This document shows, piece after piece, positions 1 to 9,415 of a stretch of 62,865 nucleotides of DNA. The DNA lies in IMG/VR virus record IMGVR_UViG_3300032117_000008; one strand, written 5' to 3'. Both the position numbers and the translations under genes were made by a program. The stretch's first letter is position 1, and every line of letters starts with the position of its first letter. Below the pieces are notes generated by a model that saw only the letters and a list, made by a program, of their open reading frames with translations, was not told the DNA's origin and ran no database searches. Source of the DNA: an uncultured virus (IMG/VR IMGVR_UViG_3300032117_000008). Lineage: Duplodnaviria; Heunggongvirae; Uroviricota; Caudoviricetes.

Positions 1-59
1 TCTTTTACCACAATCTTTTTTATCATCATCAAAACAAACAAAACAACCCCGATCTTGAC

Positions 60-1373
60 TCATCCAAAAAAATCCTCCAACGTTGATCTTTGTTCTGCTT
101 CCCAACCAATAACATCGGTTATAGACTTCAATGGTTCCAAAAACGATTTATTGAATTGCATATCACGATCTATATAATTATCAAGGTTAAATTGTTCGGG
201 TAATAGATCAGAAGTCGCGATAACTGTGTCTTGAACGGGATTAGGTATCTTCAAATATGCAAATCTAATTTTATCTCCATCAGAAAGAGGAGGTATATTC
301 GTAATATTATGCTTTTTGAGCATATTATTGAATAATAGAGCTCCCTTAACCTGAATTGGAGTTCCTTTCTTGTAGATATCAGCGGAATCTTTATACTTGT
401 TTATTCCTTTCAATCCTCTTGGAAAAGCTACATCCTGAAACGGTAAAGAAGCAAATTCATTTCTAAATTCCTCAATGAATTTTTGTAGAGAAGCTTGATC
501 CTCGTTCATTATTATACTAAGAGCTTTCTTAATATTTTCGCGGCAAGCATGTGGTGTTGAAGAACGAACAGCTTCAATACCAGACAATTTCAACTTGGGC
601 TTATCATATTGAACACCTTCAACATTCCAAGCGTTAAGAATATACATCTTCTTACCACGCCAAATACCTTTGTTGGCAATGGTTTCACGCTTCATCTGCA
701 TCTTCTGCTGATAAGCATTCATCATTCCAGCAAGTTCGTCATAACAAATATCAAGATATGGTTGAATCTTTTTTTCGCAGAATTGATCGATCAACTTAAC
801 AGCTTTAAGCTCATCGCTGCCTTCAGGAATCAGTCGTTCAAATGTAACATAGATAGAATCAGTATCAGAAGCGATAACGTAATCAACATTTTCAGTCTTA
901 CAAATCTTATTCATAAACTGATTCATCTTATTGATAATAAATTTAATTGTTAATTGACCTGACGAAGTAATAGATTCTGCATTATCAAAGTTAAACCAAC
1001 GAAAATACATATTAGACAAGGCTCCATAAAAGCTGTTGAGTTGAATTTTTTTGGCCATTTGGAGATTATTATATCTAGAAACTAATTTTTCATCTTCCTT
1101 GCTTTTGGTTTTTTCATATCTTTTTTTAGTCTCAATCATCAATTTTTTATATTTCGACCTGTCATCGAACATTTTTTGCATAAGCGCCGTTGCAAAACCA
1201 TGAGAATCATTTTTATATAAACAACCGTTTGCAGTCAAAGAATAACCTTCTATTTTTGGCGTCGTTTTATTTTTAAATATAAAAGAGTTATCATAAGATT
1301 CAGGTCGAATGTCATCTAACATTTTTTCCAGAGTATACAATTCTTCATCAGTTAAATTTTCTAAAATGTTCAT
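60..1373 (-). CDS. 43: Family B DNA polymerase, C-terminal half (gp43B)
   Basis: Motif B KKIQLNSFYG, motif C ASDTDS, KKMY, GIEAVRSSTP, and a C-terminal clamp-binding peptide LEDFFG. Confidence 0.95.
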   Translation of the reverse strand: MNILENLTDEELYTLEKMLDDIRPESYDNSFIFKNKTTPKIEGYSLTANGCLYKNDSHGFATALMQKMFDDRSKYKKLMIETKKRYEKTKSKEDEKLVSRYNNLQMAKKIQLNSFYGALSNMYFRWFNFDNAESITSSGQLTIKFIINKMNQFMNKICKTENVDYVIASDTDSIYVTFERLIPEGSDELKAVKLIDQFCEKKIQPYLDICYDELAGMMNAYQQKMQMKRETIANKGIWRGKKMYILNAWNVEGVQYDKPKLKLSGIEAVRSSTPHACRENIKKALSIIMNEDQASLQKFIEEFRNEFASLPFQDVAFPRGLKGINKYKDSADIYKKGTPIQVKGALLFNNMLKKHNITNIPPLSDGDKIRFAYLKIPNPVQDTVIATSDLLPEQFNLDNYIDRDMQFNKSFLEPLKSITDVIGWEAEQRSTLEDFFG

Positions 1374-2016
1374 TTCTCCACCTAATTGCTCTAGTTACAT
1401 TAGAATTTATTCGACCATCTTTAGCGTAATAATTCTGTTTAGATAACCAATTATTAAATTCTTCTTCGCTCATATTGATATATTTGTATTTGGTCTTTTT
1501 TCTTTGTTCAGATATTTTTTCTAACTTTTCTTTTGAACATGGTGCAGATAATCTATTTTTGGGATAATTTATTTTCATACCCGTCTTTTTTTCTCTCATT
1601 TTTTCTATACCTTTTAGTATAGTTTTTCTATCTGCACCGAAATAAGCCTTTCCAATCATATCAACTCGTTTTTTACCTTTTTTAGATTCAACGACTGCAG
1701 TTCTAGCCGATTCATATAGATAAGAATTATTGAAAATTTTTTGTCTATACGTATCACCTTTTCCATAAATCATCCAATGAAAAGCCATGGCCATTTTCCT
1801 AGTTTTTTCGTCTTCTGATCCATAACGTTTACGAAATATTTTCCATAAAAGTTTATGAGAAATGTAATGTTCTCTTAAAGTTAAAGGAACTACGAAATCA
1901 TTTGGACCATAAATTGACACGGGAAAAACATGATGATATTCGTATAATTTTCTGTCTATTTCTTTTCTATTTTTCGCTCTTCTTATAATTAAAATATATT
2001 TCTTTAAATAATTCAT
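1348..2016 (-). mobile_element. Free-standing HNH homing endonuclease inserted between the two polymerase halves
   Basis: YEYHHVFPVS...LTLREHYISHKLL HNH signature, basic C-terminal region, AT-rich, own late promoter. Confidence 0.85.
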
Positions 2017-2044
2017 AAATTTACTCCATTTAAAGAGTATTTAG
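2017..2044 (-). promoter_or_regulatory. Late promoter (CTAAATA) plus hairpin hiding the SD of the HNH gene
   Basis: CTAAATA at 2044-2038; TACTCT-ttaaat-GGAGTA stem covers GGAG. Confidence 0.6.
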
Positions 2045-3306
2045 GTCAAACCGCGTCTTTTCTTCTCTCTTTCAATCATTTCTTTTAATGTTTTTTTGTT
2101 TATCATTTTTTCGGGGCTAATATTATATTGTTGAATTAAACTTGGGTATAGAGATGTTAAATCAAAAGAAACAACCCACCTACTCAAACCAATCTTTGGT
2201 TCCTTGACGTATCCACCAACCAAACTATCAAAATTAGATTGTTTCTTGAACTGAGGAATAACAATACCTTGATCAAGTAGATAATTATGAATAATAACAT
2301 CCCAAGGACGCACAGTTGTCATTGTATCATTGTAATTTACCTTGGCGTCATATGCCAAAGCCATTACTTGTTCAAGAAACTTCATTTTATCGTCAAGACG
2401 TTCAACCAGAACGCAGTCATGAATATTATATTCAATAAACTTTTGAAAGTCGTCTCTATAGAATGTTAGGAAGTTTTTATGTTCTGAGTGATCAATTTTC
2501 TTTTCGCCCAATTCAATCTGAGCAATATAATCGAGTTTATAAGATTCCTGATTACCAAATGTAAATTTACGATACAATTGATAATAATCAAGAACAGCTA
2601 TGCCAGCGGGAGTGAAACTTTGATTTTCCTTACCACGAAATTCGACGGTCTTTTCATCAAGAATAAACCAAGGCGAAAGACGCTTTGCTTCCTTTTCATT
2701 GAACAGAACACGAATACGATTAACCAAATATGGAATGTCGAAAAATTCTATATTCCAACCAGTAACAATATCTAGGTCAAGAGACATCCAACAAGACAAA
2801 AACTTCTGAAGTAATTCGTGTTCGTCTTGACATTGAATATAGAAAGTTTTATTGTCCTTCGGAGTAAACTTACCACAGCCAAAGACAAAGTTTTTATTAT
2901 TAAATCTCACTGTTATGGCTGTGATTTCTTTGTCCGCTTTTTGAATATCAGGAAATCCTTCATCAGCGGCGCACTCGATATCAAGAATGCCAATCTTAAC
3001 CAGATTAGGATCGTAATCAATATCACCTTTGAACGTGTCGTAGATGAAAGTATAAACGAATGAATTAAGCCCGTATATTTCCATATTCGCTACATCTTCA
3101 TAACGATTAACGAAATCACGAGCATCTGAAATATCATCGAACATCATCTTCTCAACGGGTCTACCATCAAGAGTTTTATATTTACCATTACTTTTTTGAA
3201 TAAACATATAAGGTTTGTAGTTGACGACTTCTTTAACTCTCAAACCTTTATCGTAACCTTGGTAATAAATTCTATTACCACGCTGAAAAACACTAGTGTA
3301 AAACAT
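2041..3306 (-). CDS. 43: Family B DNA polymerase, N-terminal half (gp43A: exonuclease + motif A)
   Basis: ExoI LDIEC, ExoII GWNIEFFDIPY, ExoIII YNIHD, motif A SFDLTSLYPS..YNISPE; similarity ends there and a short basic tail follows. Confidence 0.95.
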   Translation of the reverse strand: MFYTSVFQRGNRIYYQGYDKGLRVKEVVNYKPYMFIQKSNGKYKTLDGRPVEKMMFDDISDARDFVNRYEDVANMEIYGLNSFVYTFIYDTFKGDIDYDPNLVKIGILDIECAADEGFPDIQKADKEITAITVRFNNKNFVFGCGKFTPKDNKTFYIQCQDEHELLQKFLSCWMSLDLDIVTGWNIEFFDIPYLVNRIRVLFNEKEAKRLSPWFILDEKTVEFRGKENQSFTPAGIAVLDYYQLYRKFTFGNQESYKLDYIAQIELGEKKIDHSEHKNFLTFYRDDFQKFIEYNIHDCVLVERLDDKMKFLEQVMALAYDAKVNYNDTMTTVRPWDVIIHNYLLDQGIVIPQFKKQSNFDSLVGGYVKEPKIGLSRWVVSFDLTSLYPSLIQQYNISPEKMINKKTLKEMIEREKKRRGLT

Positions 3307-3358
3307 CAAATCTCCTTTTGCAATCCGGCCAAAATTAGCCCACAGATGCTAATAATAT

Positions 3359-3386
3359 AGTATACTATAGATTATGTATTAGTCAA
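3359..3386 (-). promoter_or_regulatory. Sigma70-type promoter for DNA polymerase
   Basis: TTGACT-N16-TATACT; the -35 overlaps the upstream stop codon. Confidence 0.55.
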
Positions 3387-3829
3387 GCTTCTTGTTTTAC
3401 TTCTGTATTAAAATAGAAAAACCAATTTTGCGCTTTTTTTCCTCTATACTGTTGTTGTGTAGCGGAAGCGGGTCTTTCGTAATATTTACATGCAATAGCA
3501 CCAGCATCATATGGAGTTGTTGCTGTTTTAATTTCTACCAACGCGCGATGTTCTGAATGTTGTAATTCCCACCAGACACCATTCAATTGATCTTCCAAAG
3601 AAGGCAATTTAGTAATATCAATACCACAACCTTTTTTAATTAATTCGCATCTATCAGCATGTAATTGATGAAGTCCAAAGGCTTTACCTTTATCACCAAC
3701 TGCCGATGGATTTAGTGAACTTTCCGCATCAGCTTGAGCCAACATTCCACAAGCTTGTGGTTTAGTTAGACCAACTGAAAGCCAGAATTGATATATTTGT
3801 TTGGCGTTATCGTAATAATATTTTGACAT
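3383..3829 (-). CDS. Phage tail lysozyme-like muramidase
   Basis: QACGMLAQADAESSLNP..GD.G.AFGLHQ...YERP pattern of the Phage_lysozyme2 family. Confidence 0.75.
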   Translation of the reverse strand: MSKYYYDNAKQIYQFWLSVGLTKPQACGMLAQADAESSLNPSAVGDKGKAFGLHQLHADRCELIKKGCGIDITKLPSLEDQLNGVWWELQHSEHRALVEIKTATTPYDAGAIACKYYERPASATQQQYRGKKAQNWFFYFNTEVKQEA

Positions 3830-4332
3830 TATTTAATTCCATGAGCAACTTGATCTGCGTAAGGATCGTAATTCTTATCAGGATACCAAGTACCAGCAAA
3901 CAATGCATTCTGACGAAATACAGGAATACGTTGTACGTGGTCCCAATCATGAAATGAATGATGTTCGGCGGGTGTTCCCCAATCAAACCCAGAAATTAAT
4001 CCAACCTTACGACACATTTGTTGAAGAAATGTATAATGTTCGCCATTAGGATCAAATTTACCATTAATAAGCAATTGTAGATCAACGGCCACACCATATC
4101 CGTGACAACCCACCTTTTTAAGTTGTGTTGCGCCATTTCTATAACATTCTCCCTGTCTGGCTTGTGATCTAAACGTTTCGCCAACTCTTAATTCGTGACC
4201 GGCTTCGTGTGCTAAAACTATAAGTTTAGCAACAGCAACTCTAGTTCCGGGTTCAAGTAAAGAAATATCTTTAATTATGGCTGTAGAATTAAATCTTGGA
4301 TCTTTTTTGATAACATCGGTGTAAAATGACAT
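3829..4332 (-). CDS. M15-family peptidoglycan peptidase (endolysin)
   Basis: ETFRS..RQ, HGYGVAVD, GFDWG..DWDHVQ zinc motifs. Confidence 0.8.
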   Translation of the reverse strand: MSFYTDVIKKDPRFNSTAIIKDISLLEPGTRVAVAKLIVLAHEAGHELRVGETFRSQARQGECYRNGATQLKKVGCHGYGVAVDLQLLINGKFDPNGEHYTFLQQMCRKVGLISGFDWGTPAEHHSFHDWDHVQRIPVFRQNALFAGTWYPDKNYDPYADQVAHGIK

Positions 4333-4367
4333 AACAATCTCCTAGTAAAAATCTAAGAGTATTTATT
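4333..4367 (-). promoter_or_regulatory. Late promoter (AATAAATA) plus SD-sequestering hairpin of the endolysin
   Basis: AATAAATA at 4367-4360 followed by CTCTTAG-N7-CTAGGAG. Confidence 0.7.
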
Positions 4368-4536
4368 CACTTTCCTTCATCATTGATTTATGAACGATAT
4401 GATAAATTTCGTATCTATTGATACCCATATCAGCCAATTCTCTATCAGATAGATTATTAAGTTCAGATATGGCTCTATTAAATCTTACTATCTTTAATAA
4501 GTTTTCTACTATGTAATTAAAATAATTATAGAACAT
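4363..4536 (-). CDS. DUF1127 small protein
   Basis: ELNNLSDRELADMGINRYEI motif; ATG 4536 with AAAGGA SD. Confidence 0.8.
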   Translation of the reverse strand: MFYNYFNYIVENLLKIVRFNRAISELNNLSDRELADMGINRYEIYHIVHKSMMKESE

Positions 4537-4555
4537 TTGTTTTCCTTTCAAACGC

Positions 4556-4582
4556 AAAAAAGGGAGGGTTTGCCACCCTCCC
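4556..4582 (-). terminator. Rho-independent terminator after hsp20
   Basis: GGGAGGGT-ggcaa-ACCCTCCC followed by a T-tract on the minus strand. Confidence 0.75.
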
Positions 4583-4604
4583 AGAAGTAATATGTAATAT
4601 TCAA

Positions 4605-5045
4605 TCATTTTTCGATTGGAATATTCATAAGTTTCTTTGCTTCAATCATTGCGTCCAATGTAATTTGAAGCATACCGTTAATATACTTTGCATTATTAAC
4701 AGTAACGTTGTCGTTCAACGTAAACTTACGTTCAAAAGGCTTTTCGGAAATGCCCTTGTAAAGATAATCATCGGTTTTCTTATCATCTTGGTTCAATTTA
4801 CCTTTGACAATAAGCTGATTGTCTTCAAGAGTAACACTTAGTGCACTTTCAGGGAAACCAGCAACAGCGATTTCAATTTCGTACTTTTTTTCTGAAAGTT
4901 TCTTAATGTTGTATGGGGGATAACTTGTTGATATTGTATTCGCAATATCCTTATGAACCTTTTGTAGTGTGTCAAAAAGACGATCAGAACCTACAAAATA
5001 TTTGTCCATATCAACGAATTTAAAATTAGTCCATGGGTTAGTCAT
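4605..5045 (-). CDS. hsp20: Small heat shock protein (Hsp20/IbpA-like)
   Basis: SYPPYNI, IEIAVAGF, YLYKGIS..FERKFTL, NGMLQI alpha-crystallin motifs. Confidence 0.92.
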   Translation of the reverse strand: MTNPWTNFKFVDMDKYFVGSDRLFDTLQKVHKDIANTISTSYPPYNIKKLSEKKYEIEIAVAGFPESALSVTLEDNQLIVKGKLNQDDKKTDDYLYKGISEKPFERKFTLNDNVTVNNAKYINGMLQITLDAMIEAKKLMNIPIEK

Positions 5046-5131
5046 ATTTTTCTCCTTTTCAGCAAGATTAAATTTTTATGGACCCTCTCAGCATCCACAT
5101 ATTATATAGGTTACATTAATGAATTTTCAAC
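5046..5131 (-). promoter_or_regulatory. RpoH-type promoter and ROSE-like RNA thermometer of hsp20
   Basis: TTG-N17-CCTATAT (5130-5104); TCTTGCT-gaaa-AGGAGA hairpin with bulged G over the SD (5067-5051). Confidence 0.7.
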
Positions 5132-5134
5132 CCA

Positions 5135-5347
5135 TCAATGCAACTTTTTTCCATATGTTTCCTTACAAAAACAATAAAGAAGCATCTTATCATAATCATA
5201 AAGGAACATAGGTGTAAGATTGGCTGCTCTATACTCTTCAGATGTAGCCAACATTCTTTGAAATGAACTATTAGCTCCTGAATATTCAGCGGCTTTCGTT
5301 ACAACGTATTCAGGAACTTCGATTAACTTGTTGTCACTCAAGTCCAA
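5135..5347 (-). CDS. Hypothetical protein
   Basis: ORF overlapping its upstream neighbour, GGAGG SD. Confidence 0.6.
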   Translation of the reverse strand: MDLSDNKLIEVPEYVVTKAAEYSGANSSFQRMLATSEEYRAANLTPMFLYDYDKMLLYCFCKETYGKKLH

Positions 5348-5916
5348 AGACCTCCGTAATATTTACCGAAGAGCCTAAAGCCATTGTTGGCGCGATTATT
5401 TAACTCTTCGTATTTTTCTTTATTAAAGAAATTAGTTTCGTGATCATAATACTGATCACAGAAATCTTCATCAAGAACAGTTGAAAATGCATAAATCATT
5501 TCATCAACAACCCATTCCCAACGCCGATGATATAAATCATCAAAATCCGATTCGTTTTCTATTGGTTCCGCTAGCGGAACGTGTGGTTTCGCTGCGGTTG
5601 AGCGAAGATTCTCCGGAACATCTTCATCATCAACAAATCCAGAACTATGTTTATTATCACGAATATTAACAAGAATGGGATGAATGATCAAAGCCATAGT
5701 ATGATCAGCATTCCAAATATCATAATCGTCGATACGTATCTTGATCTTACGTTTTCTTTTTGAATAAATTTGGTTTAAAAACTTATTAACCCAAGTTTCG
5801 GCCAACCAATCGCCTATATCGTCGCATTTCTGCGCCGACACTCCAACATATTTAAGAAGGTCCACGATCTGATAAGGACCCCAAAAATTTTTATAAGGAC
5901 CAATATTCACTTTCAT
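5338..5916 (-). CDS. Conserved phage hypothetical protein
   Basis: IKIRIDDYDIWNADHTMALII...W..VVDEMIYAF...GFRLFGKYY.GLW pattern seen in large myophages. Confidence 0.7.
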   Translation of the reverse strand: MKVNIGPYKNFWGPYQIVDLLKYVGVSAQKCDDIGDWLAETWVNKFLNQIYSKRKRKIKIRIDDYDIWNADHTMALIIHPILVNIRDNKHSSGFVDDEDVPENLRSTAAKPHVPLAEPIENESDFDDLYHRRWEWVVDEMIYAFSTVLDEDFCDQYYDHETNFFNKEKYEELNNRANNGFRLFGKYYGGLWT

Positions 5917-5930
5917 AACAAAAACCTTTC

Positions 5931-6722
5931 TTAAGGAATTATAACTTTACGATCCGGATTAACAGGAGCAATTGTTCTTATGGTCCAGAAGTCTGAACAT
6001 AGATTTGGATCGGTAATATAATCATAAGGAAAATAACAATAACCTTTATCACCCCAATCTTTGGACCAACTATTTAAAACTGTAAATTTTCTTGTATTAT
6101 CATCATAACCAACGATAAGAATAGCATGACCGCCAGCCGATCTTGAGTTAGGAGTTGGCATTGGTACAATACCCGTTCTAGCCACTTCGTCTCCTTCAAA
6201 TTCCTGAAAGATATTAGCACCAAATACAACTGGATAACCTTCATGAAGGCACATCTTTATTTCATTTTCGGTTTGTTCAACAGTCATGTATTGGCTTGCT
6301 TCATCTTGTATAGCGTCTTTATAAGATTGTTCTGTTGGTTTATCTTTAAACTTACTTTCAACATAAGGCCAATCAGTTTCAATAGGAGCGCCATATGTTC
6401 CTAATACTTTAGCACCGTCTCTTATTTCAGCACCAGCATCTTCATCAACAGTGCCTTCCATTAATCTTTCATTATAATAAACAAAGAGCCTTGATAATTC
6501 CATATCAGGTAAGCCCTGTTTAATTCTTGCAATTCTGTTTGCCATTGTTAAAGCCTGAGCAGTACAAGAACCTAATTCGCCTTGATCCAAAACTTCCGGA
6601 ATAATAGGTCTTAGATCGACTGATGAAGGTAGAGACTTATAGACAACAGGATTAACTGTTTTAAGTCTAAAGTCTCTACTGTCTGGTTTAGATTGTTTCC
6701 AACCGTAATTTCTAGTAACCAT
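5931..6722 (-). CDS. Papain-like cysteine peptidase (C1A)
   Basis: LPSSVDLR, DQGELGSCTA, GGHAILIVGYDD, NSWSKDWGDKGY catalytic motifs. Confidence 0.9.
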   Translation of the reverse strand: MVTRNYGWKQSKPDSRDFRLKTVNPVVYKSLPSSVDLRPIIPEVLDQGELGSCTAQALTMANRIARIKQGLPDMELSRLFVYYNERLMEGTVDEDAGAEIRDGAKVLGTYGAPIETDWPYVESKFKDKPTEQSYKDAIQDEASQYMTVEQTENEIKMCLHEGYPVVFGANIFQEFEGDEVARTGIVPMPTPNSRSAGGHAILIVGYDDNTRKFTVLNSWSKDWGDKGYCYFPYDYITDPNLCSDFWTIRTIAPVNPDRKVIIP

Positions 6723-6759
6723 AGTGGTACTCCTTTAAAAAGAACTACCACTATTTATT
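6720..6759 (-). promoter_or_regulatory. Late promoter plus hairpin hiding the SD and start of the C1A peptidase
   Basis: AATAAATA at 6759-6752; ATAGTGGTA...TACCACTAT stem encloses AAAGGAG. Confidence 0.75.
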
Positions 6760-6764
6760 CTAAA

Positions 6765-7970
6765 TTATTTTGTAGGAACCGGAGAAGCAGGGGCCTTTGG
6801 TACGAGGTTAATCAAGCCCTCAATAATTCCCGGCGAGACAAACATAGGAAGACCGTGCTTATCCATACCGCTTGCCAATCCACGCTGAACATCAAGCTGT
6901 GCAGTGGCCTGAAGAGTTGCCATGACCGGACCAAGCTTGGCTGCTTCATAGAAGTTATTGACAGTACGCTGAACTTCACTGTCAAATTCAAAAGTATCGG
7001 CCCAACCAATAAAGTTGATAGTGATACCAAAGTTCTTGAAATATGCCCTAACGTTCTTCTCGATATCGTCCATCATTGGTACATAATCTTCGTTGGCTTT
7101 ATCGAAAGTACGACGACCAATTTCGTTACAAACCAGAGTCTGAACCTTCTTACGACCAACATCGTCCATTACACTCCAAAGGCTACGACCATAATAAACG
7201 CTCTGAAAGATAACCTGTGGATCGTTTGGATTGCCCTTTGGCTGCTGAACACCGAAGTTATAAAGAAACTTGGCTGCATCCTGCTCGGCAACACTGGCGG
7301 CAATACTAACGCCTGCAGTAATATTCAAACCTTCCTTGGACTGACAAGGAAAAGACTGATCAGTGTTTGAGCTGCCACGTTCCCTCGACTTAACCCATTC
7401 ATGAGAATAAGGAGTACGATCAACAATATACAAGCGACCCGTTGGAACATAATAATCCCATCCATAATAACCGCCTGTGTTGGCCAACTTCGCGTGAGGA
7501 ATTACGAAACGCTTTGAAGCAATCTTACGTTCGTTATAATACTCTTCACTTTCAAACTGAGCCTGACTGTCCTTATTGGCGCCGGCATCAGGAACCCAAA
7601 ACGCTGTCTGGTTGGGAAGAATTGTATACGCTTCGGTCTTATCAGTCGTATCAGCGTAAGCCCATGCTCGATCAGACTGATATGTAAACACCATAAAGGC
7701 TAGAGAGGCGCTAATCGCAGCTGTAATCAAATTCTTTGTTGGCTTGAACCAGATAGCCACCAAAACAATAATAAGAGCAATACTAAACAATGCATTCACA
7801 CCACTAAAAAACGAGAACGTGTAAACTGTCTGTAGATATGCCATATCGCTATTACCAAACTGATTGCTAGCAACTCGACCAGTTACAAGAGTGGCGATTG
7901 GAGTATAGAGATTCGTCAAGAAACTATAAAACGCCAAAACAACCAGTGAACCAAAAACTCGATTAAACAT
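6765..7970 (-). CDS. Membrane protein, SPFH/band-7-like
   Basis: N-terminal hydrophobic helices; SKEGLNITAGVSI and FGITINFIG segments resemble the SPFH domain. Confidence 0.55.
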   Translation of the reverse strand: MFNRVFGSLVVLAFYSFLTNLYTPIATLVTGRVASNQFGNSDMAYLQTVYTFSFFSGVNALFSIALIIVLVAIWFKPTKNLITAAISASLAFMVFTYQSDRAWAYADTTDKTEAYTILPNQTAFWVPDAGANKDSQAQFESEEYYNERKIASKRFVIPHAKLANTGGYYGWDYYVPTGRLYIVDRTPYSHEWVKSRERGSSNTDQSFPCQSKEGLNITAGVSIAASVAEQDAAKFLYNFGVQQPKGNPNDPQVIFQSVYYGRSLWSVMDDVGRKKVQTLVCNEIGRRTFDKANEDYVPMMDDIEKNVRAYFKNFGITINFIGWADTFEFDSEVQRTVNNFYEAAKLGPVMATLQATAQLDVQRGLASGMDKHGLPMFVSPGIIEGLINLVPKAPASPVPTK

Positions 7971-7995
7971 TTAATTTCCTTTCATATCATATCAA

Positions 7996-8334
7996 TTAGT
8001 CTTCAACGCGACGGAAGCCCTCCGGAGTATACTCGCGCTGGCGACGAACATGATAAGTTCCCTTATCGAACAAAATAGGCTCATGAGTGTCAGTCGAACG
8101 AAGATGTTCGAGAGTAGTAGGCTCATTGACAACCAAGAGGCAATCCATGATCGAATCAGGCAGACGATACATGGTAACCGTATCAGCATCCATTACGTGA
8201 TGGTGGCCGGTTTCGGAATGAGTGACAATGTTCTTACCGTTTTCAGGATCAACCTTGATCACATCAGCAGGGAGGGAATCGACACGACGAATGTAGATAT
8301 CACCCTGAGCACAAACATTCTTAAAAGTACGCAT
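7996..8334 (-). CDS. His-rich partner of the DUF6745 protein
   Basis: QGDI, HSETGHHH, LEH..H, YHVRRQREYTP motifs. Confidence 0.7.
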   Translation of the reverse strand: MRTFKNVCAQGDIYIRRVDSLPADVIKVDPENGKNIVTHSETGHHHVMDADTVTMYRLPDSIMDCLLVVNEPTTLEHLRSTDTHEPILFDKGTYHVRRQREYTPEGFRRVED

Positions 8335-8388
8335 TATAAGTTCTCCTTTTTAGGTACGTTTACATTATATACTTAGTTTGATTAAAAG

Positions 8389-9342
8389 TCAAGTACGAAT
8401 TTCCGGAGGAATAAAGCTCTTTTTATCCATTCCCCAAGTCCAAGCTTGTGCCTCAAGCGCAGTCTTCATTTCCGGAGGAACCGGAAGAGCAAACTCACGC
8501 TTGGTGCCGCAAAGAACATGAAGGAACTTTTCTTTGCCAATGTCCGGAATGTTGACCTCGATCAATTCGCCAATTTCAGGATCGCCGTCCTTGTCGATAA
8601 CCTTACCCTTCAACTGACGAATAACGTTAGCCCAACCAAGGATTTCCATCGCACAACGACGCTGCTCGATGTTGGCCCACTTGATGGCAATCGTCGGAGT
8701 AAGGCTAGCCTTATCCTCAATCCATTCAGAAGGAACGTGAACGCCATGCCAGCAATAGACCGAGAAACCATCACGATAACGGATCGAAGGACCGTCTTCA
8801 CAATGCAAACGGTTTTCGTTGTCACGCTTGAGAATTTCAGGACGATCAGTGATGATAGCAATGTCCTTATACGCCCAAAACCAACCAGCGGACTTGGTAA
8901 CACGAGTCAGAGGCTCAAGCTTCTTCGTACAATCAAGACCACAAACACGATCAAAGAAGTTGTAGAAAGAAATCCAACCAGCGTCATGCTGACCATAACC
9001 GGAAGCGTGGATATAGTTCTTAACAGTCTTCTTCTCTTTAAGAACTTCAACTTCGGCGTTAACAGCTTCGGTAAATTCCTTGGGCTCAAGGTTACCATAC
9101 TTCTTCATGAACTTCTTGTCATTAAGAACATTGGCAGCGATACAGCCCTCGTAAGGCGAAGCAAAATGGAAGATGATCTTCGGCGGATCAAGACCGACAA
9201 CAACATAAGCGTCGTTCAGACCTTCATCAGCAGTCTTCCAATCGGCGGGTTCAGTAGACAATCCGTAAGCGATAAACTCGTCACGAATAACAGGAATCAT
9301 GGCTTCCTGCTCAGGCGTAAGCTTCTCAATCTTGTCAGTCAT
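8389..9342 (-). CDS. DUF6745-domain protein
   Basis: GQHDAGW, GWFWAY..IAIITDRP, RLHCEDGPSIRYRDGF..Y.WHGV, NIEQRR. Confidence 0.8.
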   Translation of the reverse strand: MTDKIEKLTPEQEAMIPVIRDEFIAYGLSTEPADWKTADEGLNDAYVVVGLDPPKIIFHFASPYEGCIAANVLNDKKFMKKYGNLEPKEFTEAVNAEVEVLKEKKTVKNYIHASGYGQHDAGWISFYNFFDRVCGLDCTKKLEPLTRVTKSAGWFWAYKDIAIITDRPEILKRDNENRLHCEDGPSIRYRDGFSVYCWHGVHVPSEWIEDKASLTPTIAIKWANIEQRRCAMEILGWANVIRQLKGKVIDKDGDPEIGELIEVNIPDIGKEKFLHVLCGTKREFALPVPPEMKTALEAQAWTWGMDKKSFIPPEIRT

Positions 9343-9415
9343 ATTTTAGTTCTCTTTCACAGTTTCAATAATAAGATTATAGCTCGGGTTCATTTTAAAG
9401 TCAACTGATATTAGA

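Noticed and set aside
1348..2040. Group I intron or intein in DNA polymerase
   Set aside because: Only 24 non-coding nt; no P/Q/R/S core; no Cys/Ser start or His-Asn end; both halves have their own stop or start
8446..9408. Long antisense ORFs (also 6693-7370, 12856-13767, 24814-25398)
   Set aside because: Shadows of codon-biased genes on the other strand; no SD, promoter or recognisable motif
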